Shown piece after piece: positions 61,601 to 64,000 of a stretch of 64,000 nucleotides of DNA. Position 1 is the first letter of the stretch, and the number at the start of each line of letters is the position of its first letter. A program made the position numbers and the translations under genes. The stretch lies in NCBI GenBank assembly GCA_015680685.1, contig MNCI01002984.1, positions 130,221 to 194,220 on the forward strand. Reading direction: 5' to 3'. Origin of the DNA: Gnetum montanum. Its lineage: Eukaryota > Plantae > Gnetophyta. Below the pieces are notes generated by a model. The model had not been told where the DNA came from. It was given only the letters and a program-made list of their open reading frames with translations, and did no database searches.

Positions 61601-64000
61601 GACTAATTTGGAAGAAGGAGATCTAAAAAATTAAGCATGGTTGTTCACCCAAGGAGGTGTTGCAACCACTGGCTTCTTTATACTCATGGAAAGATTTAAC
61701 TTGTTACATGTTGACCAACTATTTCTTGTCTGGGCTCTCAGGTTTGTTGATCAACATGGCCCTAGAAGGAAAGGTCTTAGAAATAATATAAGGGCCTTTC
61801 CATAGTATTTGAAACTTGGTTCATTGTAACACATGTGTGGGGTTCCAATAGAGGACCTTATCCCCCGGTTGAAATTTGACTTTCCTAATTCTAAGGTCAT
61901 AGCATTTTCTATTAAATGCCTTATGTAAGTTGTTAGATGACAAGGTTACCAATTGGTTTTCATCTAGCAAGTTGATATTCATTAATCTTTCTTTTTGTGC
62001 TAGACTTAAGTCAACGTCAAGATCATAGGCTATTGAAAGTGTATAGAGCTCAAATTGAATAGGAAGAGTTAGCAATTTTATGTACATCAACTCATAGGGA
62101 AAATATCCTAGAGGAAGCTTCCAAGTGGAGCAGTAGGCCTAGATGATGTCATTAAGTTTCATGCTCTAGTCTCTTCTATATTTGCTAATTATTCTTATTA
62201 AGATCTTAGTGATTTTCCTATTTGTAACCTCAGCTTGACCATTGGCTTGGGGATGATAAAGTGTTATTAATTTATGCTCAACCCTTAAGTGTTGCATGAG
62301 CTTTTAAAAGGTAGTGCCTATAAAGTGGGTTCCATTATTAGAAATTAAAGCACATGGCACACCAACCCTATTTATATCATTTTTTTGTACAAACCAAGTA
62401 GCAGTAGAAAATGTACAGTTGATGACAACTGTTTTTTGTACAATACTTAACAATGACTATGATGTACTTCTTTCCATTTGACATGGGCATGATGGGATCC
62501 TTCAAGTTAATGTCCTAGATGTTGAAGGGTTTTTAGTGGTTGGATCCACGATTGAGGATCCTCCATACAAGTAGGCATTCCACTATCACATTGGCAACGT
62601 TCACAAGAGTTGGCAACTTGGTGAGCATTTTTGAAAAGTGTTGGCCAATAATATCCTATCATTGGGATCTTAATGATCATGTGTCTCCTTGCATAGTGGC
62701 CCCCACAAGAACCCTCATGAGCATCTTGGAGAATGTGCAATTGATTAGCATCAGGGACACACAAACAAACCAAGCCATCGACACACACCTTGTAGAGATG
62801 CTCATTGAACAAGTGTTTCACTTAGTCAAGAAACTATTGCTTCTTCCTGCAGTCTAGCTCTTATGGCATCTCTTGAGTGAGAAGATAGGTTAGAATGTCA
62901 TCATACCATTTAGGCTTAATAAGCAATTATTTAGTTATAGCCTTGGGAAAGAGCAGTTCATTAGAAAACTAATTAGACATTTGGTTTTTCTCCTCTTTGT
63001 TGTCCCATCTCAACTAAGAAAAGTGATCACATTCTCAATTTCCTTTCAATCTACCATTGTACGATCGAATTCCTACAAGATCACTAGCCACTGTATGACA
63101 TGGGGGCTCATCATTGGCTTATTCATCAAGAAGCAAATTGCACTATGGTTAATGTGCACGAACACCTTGTATCCAAGCACATAGTGTCTAAATTTCTTAA
63201 AGGAAAACACCACTACCATCGATTTTTTTATGATGTAGTTTAGTTGTGCACCCACAATGCTTTAGCTTGCATAGTTGATGTAATAAGGGCATTTCTAATC
63301 ATCCAAATACATAAGCATGGCCTCCAAGGCATAATTTGATGCATCTATCATGAAGTGAAATGGTATGGACCAATTTGGTGCTTGTAGAATTAGAGTTTCT
63401 ATAAGTTTCTCTCTCAACTATTGGAATGCATTTTCACATTCCTTGGTTCAAAAAAATGGGGCATCTTTCTTTATTACCTTGACCAATATTTTTTTTATCT
63501 TAGAGAAAGTCTCTATGAATATTCAATGGTAACTAGTGTGTCTAAGAAATGACTAGACATCTTTTACAATTCCTAGTTGACAAGTAATTCATTGGATGAT
63601 CCTAATATTTTCAGGGTCTACCTCAATCCTTGCCTAAGAAAGTATGTGCCCCAATACAATGCCCTCATGGACCATCAAATGGCTCTTCTACTAGTTGAGC
63701 TAAAGGTTCATCTCCACACACCTTTTAAGCACTTGCTCAAGGTGGTCCAAGGCTTTCTCAAACATGGTGTCATAGGTGGAGAAGTCATCCATGAAGACTT
63801 CCATCCCACCACTAATCCGCTACTGAAAAATACTCAAGACCAAGTGTTCAAATGTTGCAGGAGAAATGCATAGGCCAAAAGGCATCTTTCAATATGCAAA
63901 AGTCCCCTAGGGACTTATGAATGTTGGTTTGACCTAATCCTCTAGCATGATTTGGATTTGGTTATAACCACTATAACCATCCAGGAAGCTATAATAGCAA
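58645..64000 (-). mobile_element. Athila-like element C (pol-encoding, no extra ORF); 3' LTR 59497-58645; continues beyond window
   Basis: LTR homologous to 16046-16908; pre-LTR motif ACTCAAGGATGAGTT...GTCATGGAGGTA matches 24300-24334; ~2.1 kb non-coding DNA between integrase and PPT. Confidence 0.88.
61630..64000 (-). pseudogene. pol: Athila-like pol (RT, RH, IN)
   Basis: MPFGLCISPATF..MEVFMDDF (RT), FHFMIDASNYA (RH), AHEGSCGGHY..CERCQ (IN HHCC), YHPQANGQAEVTN and WKGPY motifs. Confidence 0.92.

Noticed and set aside
1-64000. Hammerhead ribozyme (retrozyme), intact protein-coding gene or currently autonomous element
   Set aside because: The CTGATGA cores I noticed lack the required stems and GAAA, and every recognisable coding region is retroelement-derived and broken by stops or frameshifts. 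The scan was by eye, so short exons could have been missed.

Overview
This window contains no recognisable host gene. It is a deeply nested pile of old, heavily C->T/G->A-decayed plant LTR retrotransposons. The gag style suggests a large-genome land plant such as a gymnosperm or fern, which is an inference. (1) Two related Sirevirus-like Ty1/copia elements (1-5360 and 13992-28802) carry gag plus a 3' extra ORF but no pol, and a solo LTR of the first family lies at 6625-7726. (2) A minus-strand pol-encoding Athila-like host (32556 down to 5361) is split inside its protease by a ~19 kb nest. (3) A structurally complete pol-less Athila-like element (16046-25197, 863-bp LTRs, tRNA-Asp PBS, TSD) carries gag and a long extra ORF. 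(4) A very decayed chromovirus-like pol is followed by a probable solo LTR (32.9-36.4 kb). (5) Three Tat/Ogre-like pieces occupy 37.1-53.8 kb; two are gag-protease copies arranged head to head. (6) The window ends with a Tnt1-like copia pol and LTR, a 5S rRNA promoter fragment in a Cassandra-like context, and a third Athila with pol but no extra ORF that runs off the end. The most notable signals are the pol-less gag + extra-ORF elements in two superfamilies that share one domain type, a complementary Athila pair, palindrome arrays co-evolving between LTR and an internal promoter, a covarying hairpin array in Tat 3' regions, and a templated filler insertion. All coordinates and translations were read by eye.
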